Origin: Lama guanicoe
Taxonomy: Eukaryota
NCBI GenBank assembly: GCA_013239625.1
Contig: MU056737.1
Span: 4,729,846 to 4,793,845, forward strand
Reading direction: 5' to 3'
DNA: 64,000 nucleotides
The position numbers were made by a program, and so were the translations under genes. This document shows positions 50,295-62,376 of the stretch, piece by piece; positions within the stretch are counted from its first letter, which is position 1; every line of letters starts with the position of its first letter. A model generated the notes under the pieces. It saw nothing but the letters and a program-made list of their open reading frames with translations. It did not search any database and had not been told where the DNA came from.

Positions 50295-53200
50295 GGAGGA
50301 CATCAGAGAGTCAGGAACCGGCGCCGCCCCGGGTGTGGGTGGGCGGAGGGCAGGACAGGCAGCGCCTTTCGGTTCCCTTTACTTTTCGGTTCCCTGTTAC
50401 TGTTCCCTTTGCTTCTCTCCCACCTCAGAAGCCCACCGGCCACTGGCAGCCATGCCAAGGGCAGAGGTCTGGAGAGGACAGCCTGGCAGAGGGGAGAGTC
50501 AGAGACCCGGCCCCGCGGGGGCGAGGGGCTCTCAACATAAGCGGATACAAACTCAGAGCAGCTCAGTGTGGGGCTCCTGATCAGAGCGGCTGTGTGCATC
50601 CCACAGAGGGATTAAAACAAACAGTCGGGAATCTGTGAGAAAGAGGGGTGGATGGGAAAGACACCAGAAAGAAAAATATAAGTGAATGACGTGTGAGGTT
50701 GTGAGTAACTGTCACACACGCAGTGTGCTTGCTGAGGAACAAATGGATGAGTGAGTCAACGATGCCACCAACCTAAACTGCCATCAGCACGGCGGGGAGA
50801 CCAGGACCGCGACTCCTTCCGAGTTTCATCCTTAAGAGGAGGAGGGCGGGGTCCTGTGGGACGCTGGCCACCCAGGCCTGTGCCCGTCCAGCCCCGCCCC
50901 CGCCAAGCCCGGGCTGTGGGCGAAAGCGGTCCACGTCCACTGCGACACCTTCAGAACATCCGGAGGGGCTGCCCAACCGTCAAAGACGGTGTAGGGTTTT
51001 TGTCCTCCACTGATTTCTACCTCTTTCGCAAACTGCCCCCTAGCTGCACCTCCTCCCTGTGGAGCAGGCGTCTCCACCTCTTTCGCCTCCACCCGTGCCC
51101 AAATCCAGGTGCATGGCGGGCACACAGCCAGCGTCTGGACCCTGGATAAGGCCTGCACAAAACTTCTTCTGTGTCCTCCCCGGTACGTGCATGTCATTCT
51201 CAGGGACTGGTCATCGCACACATGGTTACTGTTAAGAATGTGTGTAGTGAATGTGATAAGAACACATCTGCTATTCAGTCAGTCTCACCCCAGCGCTGAC
51301 CTTGACCTTCCTCTGCAGTCACAGGCTGAGGCCCTGTCCTCTCGGGGCTCTGAGATCCCGGAGCTCAGTCCAGGCGGGCCTCCCTGCAGGACCTCCAGCT
51401 CCGCCCCAGGGCCCCCGGGCCGGCCGCGGGCCCGCTCTCGGGAGGAGACAGGCCTACCAAGGGCGCTCGGGCCCAGCGCGGCGTCCCGGCATCCTGTGGT
51501 CGCCCTCTCCAGGCTGGAATTGAAAACACCCACCACCCAGGCTGCAGCCTCCCGACCCAGCCCAGCCACCCTGAGACACAGCCACACCCACGAACTCCTG
51601 CTGGTAGCTGCACCGCCAAGCTGAGTCCTGTGCCAGCGAGGAACTGCCTAGAGTCTCCCTCTACGCAGGCGCTGGCTCCTGTCCATGGGAAAGCCACCAC
51701 TTTGTTGTAAACACGAAGTCAATTCCGTGTTACAGAGCGAAACCCACACATGAGGGAAACGGTGGCTATCTGGTCCGAAGCAAGAACGTCATAAAAACAC
51801 AGGTTAAAAATGTTCCAGCGATGGACTCGTGATTCTTACTGACAACTGGGAGTTCTCGGCCAAAAATCTCAGACGAGTGAAACTTCCCCACTTACGCGAA
51901 ACCCTGACATCGTGCTGAGCATCAGGACACGTGCAGCTTCTGACCCAAAAGCCAATTTGTTCAGCACCGCGGCCTCCCCGCACCCACCTTCCCCCAGGAG
52001 CCCCAGCATCCCCCTTCTGGGCTCAAAAGAGCGGGGTGGGGGGAGGTCTGTCACCAAGCCTCACACGGAGATGCCCCCTGAGGTGACAGTGGGTGTGGGG
52101 TTCCAACCCAGCACACACGTGCCACCTCCTCACCGTTCCATGTTCTGCACTTACTGATCCCTGGGTTCTGGGACCTCATGCCCATTTCTGATCTGCCTTC
52201 TGCACCAGCTCGTCCTGCTGAGAAGTCACCCTCCTCCGTCCCCAACCCGGGCGGCCTCACCAACCCCCTCTGTCCTCCCAGTCCCCCACACGTTGTGCGT
52301 CCACAATGCTGCCCCTACCCAGTGCCCTGGGAGGGACGGGAAGGTGCATCCCCTGTGGTCCTCGGGGCCACGTCTCCACCGGGCTGGTGGGGACATCTGT
52401 CTCCTGCCCCAGAGCAGAGGGTCCTGGGGTGCAAAGCCCCTATGCACAGATGCACAGACGCTCTGCTCCTAACGCTGAGTTAACAGCGTCAGGCGTTCCC
52501 AGGCAGCTACACAGGCTGGACCCAGTCCCACGTCAGGGACCCACACGCGCAGGTACAGGCAGTGGCAGAGCCTGGCAAACACGAAACCACTGAAGATTCA
52601 GGCTTTGGAGATGACGCAGAAGCACCGGCCGCATGCGCCACCCAGCAGGCGAAGGTGCTTCCGAGCGGAGGTGTTTCCAGGGCGACTTGGACAGGGTACA
52701 TAAGCAGCCAGCCGGGGTTTTCATACTTTCAGGGAAGCTTGTTTTTTTTTAAGCATTTCTTATTTCTCTACGCCCTGAGCTCAGGAGAATGAAAACCACC
52801 AATTCATTCTCGACAGCTCGGAGCCCTCATTTCAAACATCAGCCTGGCGCTCCTGGTGCCGCGGGAAGGCCTGTGGTTCCAAAGGGCCCCACTGGGCTGG
52901 GAAGGAGGGAGCGACTGTGACAGCACCTTTCCTCCCTGAATAAAACCCGCTCTGTACACAGAGGGCGTGAGAAGTTCACCACCTTGTGCGCCCAGATGGG
53001 ATCACGGACGGTGACTGTCGGGTGGGCTTGAAAACAACCGAAGGAGTTCACGCGGACCGTCTTCACCGTCATGAGACCCGTCCTCACGTGGCTGCGGACG
53101 AAAACAAAAGGTGCCCGCGGGTTTCACTGGGCACGGCGCCCGAAGGACAGCGCCATGCTCTTTGCCGCCCGGCTACTGCTGAGAGCTGGCGGAAGACTCT

Positions 53201-53717
53201 CTGTCATCTTTGGCTCTGGGTCCTTCATGGGAGTGGTTTTCCAAAGTGCCAGCACCCTCAGCCGCAGGCTGGCTCCATTCCAGCTGGAGCGTCCACCCTC
53301 CAGAAGAGGGAGCACACGTTTACAGGAGCCCCGAACAGTCTGACCCTCAGTGTGGCTGGGATGGCCACCCCCGGGAGCGGAAGGCCGCACAGATTAGACC
53401 CCTTGTCACGCGGGGGTTCACAGGAAGATGTGGGGAGAGAGAAATGAAAGTAAAGATGACGAAACAACAGTGATGAAGGCGGGAAACGCCCTTGACCTGT
53501 GTCCACCCTGCTGTTTGTGGACCTGAGTTTGCAGACCCCTGACTGTAAGCCTGGGAGGCCCAGGACCAGGGTGTGAGCAGACCGCTGCCCTCACCCAGCA
53601 TCCCACACAGAGGTTCCACTGAACCAGCGAGAGGACAAGAGAAACCATGTGCCAGACCAAGCTTACTTTTAAAAGGAAAGCAAGAATAATCCCATTTTTT
53701 TAAGTTTCATTGTGATG

Positions 53718-54058
53718 ATGATGTGGAGAAAAGGGAGCCCTGGGCACCCCTGGGGGTGGGAGCCGGTGCGGCCTATGGAGGACGGCGTGCAGGGTCCTCA
53801 GACGACTGAGACCAGACCTGGGTGGGGGTCCTCTCCCAAGCAAACGAAGTCGCATCTCAAGGAGAGTCTGAGCCCACACTGACTTCTGCACCACCCACAA
53901 CAACGGAGACAGGAAGCCACCGCAGTCCATGCGTGCAGGACAACGCAGAAAGAAATGAGGTGCACACATGGCGGAGCACCACTCAGCCTGCAAAGGGAGC
54001 AGACCCGGCCCTTGTGACAGCGTCGATGGGCTTGGAGGACGTAACACCAAGTGAAAGG
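53718..54058 (+). mobile_element. L1 ORF2-end/3' UTR fragment (L1MA-like), strongly GC-shifted
   Basis: gatgtggagaaaagggagccct...ggtgcggcctatggaggacggcgtgcagggtcctca...gatgggcttggaggacgtaacaccaagtgaaa. Confidence 0.65.
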
Positions 54059-55127
54059 ATCATATTGTTTTTAAGTCCAGCTGGTTCAGTCGGCCACCCG
54101 TGATCATTTTATAGTGAGGTGCCTTTTTCAGCTCTCAGTACAGTCATAACACAGGAGTCTTTTTTTTCCTTTCATTATTCCTTCCTTCTTTTCTTCTTCT
54201 TTCTTGTCAGAAAACTAGAACAACAAGAGATCAAAAGGAGCCATCTCATAGCTTTCCAAGGACTTCAGCCTCAACCTGGACAGAATAGAAGCCTATTACC
54301 GAGTGGGGACGAATTCAGGATCATTATGAAAGTCACTCAGCTTCTGTGTTGTATACGGTTATTGACTGCGTAATCACTAGATAACCGTTCCCTTTCTAGA
54401 ACGCTCCTTAATACTTATAAGTGCACAGAGGGCAGGGCCCACAGCCCATTGGTCTGTGTATTTTTCATAGTGTTTGACATACACTTTTTACAGACTCATG
54501 TTTAAAAACACCTGCTGGGTGAGTGGTTAAACGGAAGGCACTCCCGGGCATGTGATGCTCAGAGCAGGGAAAGCGGCCTTCCAGCCACGAGTCACGGCGA
54601 GGCAGACATGGGCAAGCCTCGGCATTTACTCAGCAGTGTTTCCAAAAAATACGGTGTTCAGTAAACCATAGTGGAAAATTTTAAAGTAAGGGATGACAAA
54701 TCCACATGGAAGAATTACCAAAATTTACAACCTGTAGAAGGAAGATTTTTTTAAGTAATTAACATGGGGTAGGATGAGTGGGGTTCCATCCAGACCCGCA
54801 CAAACCTAAAGACACGCGCGGCACAGGCCCCACCAGTAGGGACTTTGGCACGAGTATCAGGAAAGACGCGAGAGACAACACAGGCGCTTTGTCTCTCGGG
54901 CAGAAAATTTGCAAGTTGGCAGCTCAGGGCTCACGAGGGACTTGGGCTTGTGAGCCCTTCTTTCTCCTCTCTTGCTTCCTCCCTGAATTCCCGCTTCAGA
55001 ATCCTAGCCCAGTGCCTTCTCTTCTCAGCCAGTCAGCTCCCAAGCAGACTAGGCAAGTTTCTAAGATACCACTATTCCACTAGACAGGGATCGAGGAGTT
55101 TTAGCCACTGCTGGACATTTTCCTTTC

Positions 55128-55388
55128 ACCCACCACCATCTGTTTGTCCATTCATCATCCATCCATCCACCCATCCATCCATCCACCATTCGCCATCCAT
55201 CCATTATCCATCCATCCATCCATCCTTCCCTCCGTCCATCCATCACCCATCATCCATCCACCCATTTATCTATCATCCATCCATCCATCATCCATCCACT
55301 CACTCATTGTCCATCCACTGGCCCTTCATCCACCATCAACCAACCATCCATCCATTCATCCACCCATTATCTACATCTATCCATCTAT
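55128..55388. repeat. Degenerate (CCAT)n tetranucleotide repeat
   Basis: Seen directly. Confidence 0.95.
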
Positions 55389-57079
55389 CTTTCCCTCAGT
55401 TTTGAAAAAAAGATTTGAGGCTATTGTTTTTCACGCAAACTCTTTTTTCACATTCAAAAGCTTACTTATGTTTCCTAATTTTAAACATAATACAAACTTT
55501 TCCAGTCTTTCTTCCCTTCTCCTACCTCATTTGTTTATTCTTTACATTCCTTTCATTTTGCAAATCCCACAGAGAAAGGCAGCTGGCTGAAACAGGAGGC
55601 CTGGGCAGAGCTGAGGGGAAAATTCCGGTTCCAGATGCCCAGGAAGCTGGCGCACGTCGCTGACCTGCCTTCCCAGGTGCGGCCGAGCGCCAGCCCGTGC
55701 CTCACTCCGTGCTCCAGAGCAAGCCCGGTGACTTGGTGTCCACCTTCGAGCTTCTCTAAGCCATAATATCTCCCGTTACTTTTTCTCCACTTGTTCTCAT
55801 TTTTTCATTTTGTCTGTAACCTAAAATCCTACAATGAGTGAATCCCCAGTCTGTTGACAGAGTAAGTCCTCGAGGTCCTCGGAGAGCCTGTGACAAATGA
55901 GAGCTTGGACACAGCTGCAGCATGAAGCGCGTCTCTAGGGGACCAGGGGTGGGCCTCCAGCACCAGAGGCAGGGCTGCTGGGGACCCCGTCTGCTCAGCG
56001 TGGATTCTGCCCCAGTTCTGAGTCATGGCAGTGACCCCGCCTCACACTTCCTTCTCCCCTTACCTGCCTCCTTCCCCACCTACGTATTTACAACCCACTT
56101 TCAATCCACTTCCAAAGGAAGCTGAACAGATGAGGTCTTTCCTCTTTTTCTGCAATTAAGCAAACAGCTATTCATAAGAACTCAAAACGAACACGTGTCC
56201 CCGTCGCGGCTGTCTGACAGTCCTCAGGTTACACTGAGGGGAAGACACATATTCCTCAGCACCTGGTAATTAAGACAGAGACACACAGCGTCTAGGATCT
56301 AGGCGGGGAAGGCGGATGGAAGGAGAGGAAACAGGAGCCTGATTTCGAGGCCAACGAGATCTCAGGTCTCTGGGCAAGCTCGCGTCTCCTCCCGGGGACG
56401 ACTCTGGATGGACGGTGTCGCCCCAGCCTTTTCTGGCTCTGGGAGCCTCCACAGAAAACTCACAGCACGCGGCTCGCCCAGTCGGCGTCCTCACTCAAGG
56501 AATGAGAAGTGCTTCCGCGGCCTGTCCACTCAGGCCAACGAGCAGAATTTCTCTGAGAGAAAGAAAAACCAAGCTGCTTTCTGCGGCGCCACCTGACTGC
56601 TCTGGAAGGTTCATAAGGAGGGAAGGGGAGAGGGGGCGGTGGGACTTCGTTTCCGGACAGATCAGGCCCTCTCTACGGCCCACACGCGTTTCTGGGTGGA
56701 GCGTGTGTGCTTCGGCCGCCAGCACTGACGCCTGGGGTCTCGCACACGCAGGGCTGGGTCCTGCGCTCAGGCTGAGCTGGGCTGGAGCGAGGACACACAA
56801 GGGACGCGATGTGTCCGCACTCGGCCGCCGAGGGGCAGGGGGCCCTCCAGGCTGACTTCCTCTCCAAAGGTCATCAGGGACGAGTTCCAGTGAGCACCCC
56901 TATCAGATTAGCAGACCAAGGGGTTTCCCCGGCAACAGCTGGACAAGCCCGTTGCCCGCACTCGGCATTAATGTAAGATGTTTTCCCCGGTCTCCTTGGA
57001 GTCGGTCCTGCGAAGCACAAGTGCTCGCGAGCTCTCTAATCTGCAGTATCCTTTGAAATTCCACCCAGTGTGTGCTGAA

Positions 57080-57235
57080 GCCAAGCCAATTAACGCGAAG
57101 AGAACTGGGTGGATGGCAGAAAAGCTGGCAAGACTGTGTTTACCAATTAGTTTTTTTTATGATGCAAATGTTGCACAGCGTGCAGCAGAAATAAAAGCCG
57201 GCTAAGCCGAATGTGAAACTGTTAATTGCATTTTC
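57080..57235. promoter_or_regulatory. Candidate enhancer (octamer plus homeodomain motifs)
   Basis: ATGCAAAT at 57162-57169, two CCAATTA and one TTAATTG within about 150 bp of unique AT-richer sequence. Confidence 0.3.
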
Positions 57236-58084
57236 GGAGACACAGCCACAAGGTGAGACTGATCGTGCAGACGTGAGTGCGCCTCACCGCCTACAGAGCC
57301 TCGCTGTCGTGCCTGCGGAGCCCGCGTTAACACAGCCCCTGCGTCTTTGCCGGAGAGGAAAACGGCGCACTGGCACAACCTCCCAACCGCAAAGGGAAGA
57401 GCGTGCAGGTGGGGAGCAACACACAGAATGCTCTTCACTTAAGTCAGGTTAGTGATGTTAACAAACACGATGGCGAAGGGCAGGATGCTGCTTCGTGAAA
57501 TGCGTTTCTTTGCCTGAAGGTCACAGAAAGGCCCACTTGCAGATGACCACCGGCACCTCCTGACAAGTGTGGCTCAAACTTACCAGAGGAGAAAGGTCTG
57601 GTGATTATCCACCATCAGCTTTCCCAAGGGGGGACATCGCGCAGAGAGGCGTCCTCGAGCCGAGCCGGGGAGGGACAACCTGACGGCCAGGCTGGGGACA
57701 GGGCGGGCCTCTGGGCGGGTGAGGACCCTGCACAGAAGAGGGGTGCTGCCCGGAGCGCTTTCACTGATGACTCCCGGGCTGGGCAGCATTGCTCGGCGTT
57801 AGGTCTGGCTGTAAAGTGCCCCAGAAGAATTTATATCCCTTTTCTTGTCTCTGAGAGTCAGCAGCCCCAGTTCTGCCTAAGGCAATGTTAAAATGCACGG
57901 ACAGTGATCGAGGAACAAGCCAGCAGCCAGGAAAGGGCTGGGTGAAGGCAGTGACCCTGCCCCTCATCCAGACATCAGGTCCCCGGGCGTCCCCAGAACC
58001 CCCTCCCAGGAGCGAGGAGCCAAGGACGTGCTGCACAGCGTGGGGTCCAGTTAATAACACCTCATCATTTCCTTGAAACAGGCT

Positions 58085-58272
58085 GAGGGGAGATCTCAAA
58101 TATTCTCACCAAAATAGGGAGAAAAAGGTAAGTACACGCAGTGACAGGTGTGCAAATTCACCTGACCTGGGGACACCTTCACAAGTGTACGTCTGTCGAG
58201 TCATCCCGTAGGATGTGTTCAGTGTGTTACAAGTCTATTCGTCAGTGACTCGTCATTAACCTGAGAAGAAAG
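58085..58272 (+). mobile_element. L1 extreme 3' end (L1MA9/10-like)
   Basis: aaatattctcacc...aaaaggtaagtacacgcagtgacaggtgtgcaaattcacctgac...ccttcacaagtgtacg. Confidence 0.65.
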
Positions 58273-59124
58273 CAGGGCATGGAGATGGGTGGGGAGGGAG
58301 GGCGTGAGGGACATGGCCCCACGGCGCCTCCAGCTAGAATGTCGGTGTGGGGGGCAGGCTGTGACCTCACGCAGAGGCCGCGGGGCCTGCCCACACCAGG
58401 GCTGCCCCGCGTGTGGCCCCAGAGTCTTTTCCAGCTGACACGCTGGAAACCCATCAGCCTGACACGCGATGTGGGGACAGATGTGGTGCGTGCGCGCCTC
58501 CAGGCCACCGGTTAGAGCCTCCTTTTCTTTCTTCCCTTCTCCTCACTGCGGTGGCATCACTGTCGGCACAGGGTCACGTGGGCTTCAGTCTCTGCTCGAG
58601 GACGAGCATCAGTCTCCCCTTCACATCCATGCCTGTGGTGGGGTCGGCCCGGAGTGCTGGCGCCACTGGTCACTCAACGGTGGGGGGTGACTGGGGGAAA
58701 GTGCATGTCCCCACCCCTCCACCGGGACTGAGGCCCAAGAAGCACCCCCGGGGGCCACGTCACCATCCAGACAGAACGGCTCCCCTGCAAGGTGTCGCTC
58801 CTGCACGTGCTCAGACTAGCACCGGGGGTGGGGGTGCGGGCACCCCCGACAGAGCTGCATGGGTGAGATCAGATCCATGTGGAGCTGGAGCTTCTGGGAG
58901 ATGACACACGGCGCTGATTGTGTAAGTTGTGAGGCTCGAAGGCTTTAAAGTCCACAACGCACAACAGGCCTTGGACCTGGACTTCACTTCAGAAGACATC
59001 TGCCCCTACGTGGGAAACCTGTGTGGGGGCTTTGCCCCACATGGTGGCGATAAACACCACCACGTTCGGCGGAAACTGTCTCTGCTCGAAGGCTCAGTCG
59101 GGTTCTCTTTAAGAATATAAAAAA

Positions 59125-61107
59125 GGAGAGAGAGGTAGGCCCCGATGGCAGAGTGGAAGGACCCCGAGCTCCCCTCCACTCACAGGCACAGAGGAATCAC
59201 GACCTCAGAACACCGAGGGACGGAAAAGGCCAAAGCCCTCCAGAAGAGACCTTTCACACCAAAGACGTGAAGAAGGAACCACAGTGAGACGGCGGAAGGG
59301 GCGGAGCCACGGTACAGTCAAGCCCCAGGCAGGCCCCCCACCGACGGGAGGACACGACAGCTGCAGAGGCCCTCCCCACAGATGAGGGGTCTGGGCCCCC
59401 CCAGCCCGGGGTCCTGTGCTGGGAAGATGGCCCCCAGAGCATCTGGCTTTGAAGAGCAGCAGGGCCCGCAACCAGGAGACCCAGAGGGCTGCGGAGACAG
59501 CGACCCCGCTCTTCAAGGGCACACAGCTCTCACATGCTCCAGGACCCGGGGCAGAAGCAGTCATCTGAACGGAGCCTGGGTCCCTTCTGCCGATCTCGGA
59601 GAGCCTCTGGGAGGAGGAGGGACGTGAGTGGGACCCTTGGTGACAGAGACACTGGCTGCAGCCATTTCTGGGAGCTCACTCCACCACTGGACACTGGCAC
59701 TGGCGGCCCCACTGTGGAGTCCCCCCTCTGGCCTGCTAGCAGCAGGACCTGTCCCACCGGTCAGCACATCAGCACCAGTCCAGGAATGCCTCAGGCCAGG
59801 CAGGCGGGCGGGCAGGCAGAGACACAGCCCTGCCCAGCAGCAGACAGGCTGCCTCAACACTCACCCCGAGCCCACAGCTGCCCCTGGACACAGCCCTGCC
59901 CAGCGAAGGGCTGAGGACCTGGCCCCACACGCCAGGGCACAGGCGCTCAGGCACGAGAACTGGGACCCCCAGGGCCCTGCAGCCGGAGACCCCAGGACCC
60001 GCTGCACCCACCAGCAGGCAGGCACCAGCCCCCGCCTCCTGGACTCTGCTGCCCAGCAAGCCTGCTCAAGATCTGGGACTGTCCTCGCCGACCGGCAAGC
60101 TGACACCCACCACAGAACCACCACAGCCCCCCACCAACAGGCTAGCACACGCTTCGAGACACCAGGAGCCCCACAGCCGGCTGGGTCAGGAATCGGCCCC
60201 ACCCACCAGTGGTCTGACACTGGCTCCAGGGCCCTGGGGTCTCCTGGACCTGAACTCCACCCTCCAGGGAGCCAGCACTAGCCATGGGCCCCCCCAGGGT
60301 TCCACAGTGGCCTTGTGACCCAGCCCTGCCAACCAGTGGCCAGCAGCATCCACACAGGGCAGGGCCTGGCAGCCAACTGGACCAGGGACCAAGCAGAACG
60401 GGACCAGCCAAGCCCACCAGGCCACCCACAGCAGTCAGTCTGCCACACACAAGGCCCTGCACAGGCCACACAGGGGTAACAACAGGGGAGTGCGCCGCAG
60501 GACATACAGGGCGTCTCCTGCAGAGGCCACTGCTCCGAGGTCAGGAGGCGTAACCCACCCACAGATACACAGGAATGAGGACAGTAAGCTAGGCCAGGCG
60601 AGGTGACAGAGGAACAAGATAAAACCCCAGGAGGAAGCAAGTGACATGCAGACAGCCCACGTATCTGGGAGAAGGCGCACGGCAGAGACCACAGGGACGG
60701 GAGAGCTCGGGAGGAGAGCAGGCGCACAGAGCAAGAGCCAGAATTTCTTAACCAGGAATTAGGAAACATAGGGAACAATTTAACAGAGGTGAAGACTACA
60801 GTAACTGAGATGAAACGTACACGAGACGGAAGCCACAGCAGAGCGAACGACACAGAGAAGCGGATCAGGGCGCTGAAGACAGGGAAGTGGCATCACTGGT
60901 GCTAAACGGGAAAAGGAAAAAGTGAAAAGAAAAGACCGTTTACGAGACCTCTTGGACGGCATCAAGAGCAGTGACGTTCCCCCGAAGGAGAGGGAGAGAT
61001 GGGTGGGGGCACGTTTTAAGCCACAATAGCTGAAAGCTTCTCAAACCCCAAACTCGAGGAGGAAACAGACATCCAAGTCCAGGAAGAGCAGAGTCCCCAG
61101 CAGGATC
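59125..61107 (+). mobile_element. L1 5' UTR plus degraded ORF1 (older element)
   Basis: Starts with gatggcagagtggaaggaccccgagctcccctcc; the UTR has gggaagatggcccccagagcatctggctttgaag; ORF1 remnant 60650-61107 (gtaactgagatgaaa...atagctgaaagcttctcaaacc...gaaacagacatccaagtccaggaagagcagagtccc). Confidence 0.8.
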
Positions 61108-61617
61108 TCCACAAAGAAGCCGTGGTACATTCATACAGTGGAATACTACTCAGCCATAAAAAAGAATAAAATAATGCCATTTGCAGCAGCATGGATGGCC
61201 CTGGAGATTGTCGTTCTAAGTGAAGTACATCAGAAAGAGAAAGGAAAATACCATATGGTTTCACTCATATGGGGACTTTAAAAAAAAAAAGGACAAACTT
61301 ATGTACAAAACAGAAACAGACTTACAGACAAGGAACAAACTTACGGTTACTGGGGGGATGGGGTGGGAAGGGATAAATTGGGAGTTTGAGATTTGCAGAT
61401 ACTAACTACTACACATAAAATAGATAAACAACACGTTTATACCATGTAGCACAGGGAAGTATATTCGATATCTTTTTGTAGTAATACATGGTAAAAAAAA
61501 GAGTGTGAAATGGATATATGCACGTTCACGTATGACTGAAGCACTGTGCTGCACACCAGAAACTGACACAGCATTGTAAACTGATTGCACTTCAATAAAA
61601 ATATATATTTAAAAAAA
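61108..61617 (+). mobile_element. Younger 5'-truncated L1 3' end (artiodactyl/camelid type)
   Basis: Well-preserved ggaatactactcagccataaaaaagaataaaataatgccatttgcagcagcatggatgg...gggataaattgggagtttgagatttgcagatactaactact...tgctgcacaccagaaactgacacagcattgtaaactga, then AATAAA and an A tail. Confidence 0.9.
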
Positions 61618-62376
61618 CCCACAGTGAGGTGTCACCACACAGCTGTCAGGACGGCCATCACCAAAATGACCACAAATAACAAACGCCAGGGGGGACGTGG
61701 AGGAAAGGGGGCCCCTGCACGCTTTGCTGGGAATGTAAACTGATGCGGGCGATGTGGGAAGCAGTGTGGAGGCTCCTCAAAACACAAAAAGCAGAACTAG
61801 CACGTGCTCCGGCGACTCCACTCCTGGGCACGTGCCTGGAGAAAATGCAAACACTAACTCAAAAAAGCAGACGGGCCTCGGTGTTCACAGCGCTACGTGC
61901 AATAAGCCAAGACAGGGAGCAGACGGCTGGTGAAGAGACGCCGTGCTTGAGTGCCTGAGGGATGACTACTCAGGCACAAGGAGGCTGGAACGTGCGGCTC
62001 GCAGCAGCAGGGATGGGCCTGGAGGGCGCCGTGCTCAGCACAGTGGGTCAGACGGAGGAAGACGAACACGCACGACGTCACTCACACGTGGGATCTAAAA
62101 CACGCAGCAAACTAGTGAATATAACAGAAAAGAAACAGACTCAGACACCAAGAGCAAACCGGTGGTGACCAGTGGGGAGGGGGGGGGATGGTGGGGGAGG
62201 GATCACCAGACACAAACCACCGTGGGAGAAAAACAAGCCGCAAAGGTGCACCGCGCAGCAGGGAGACGCAGCCGACACTTCACACTTACAGATGGAGTGT
62301 GACCCTTATAAATTGTGAGTACGTTGTGCACCTGAAACTTACATAACGTACATTACCTGTATCTCAATTTTAAAAA
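61618..62376 (+). mobile_element. L1 ORF2 end plus 3' UTR (older element), GC-shifted
   Basis: ccacagtgaggtgtcaccacacagctgtcagg, gctgggaatgtaaactga, tcactcacacgtgggatctaaaa, ttgtgcacctgaaacttacataa...tatctcaattttaaaaa. Confidence 0.85.

Noticed and set aside
58126-58136. Strong plus-strand splice donor AAG|gtaagt
   Set aside because: It lies inside an L1 3' end and has no matching acceptor.
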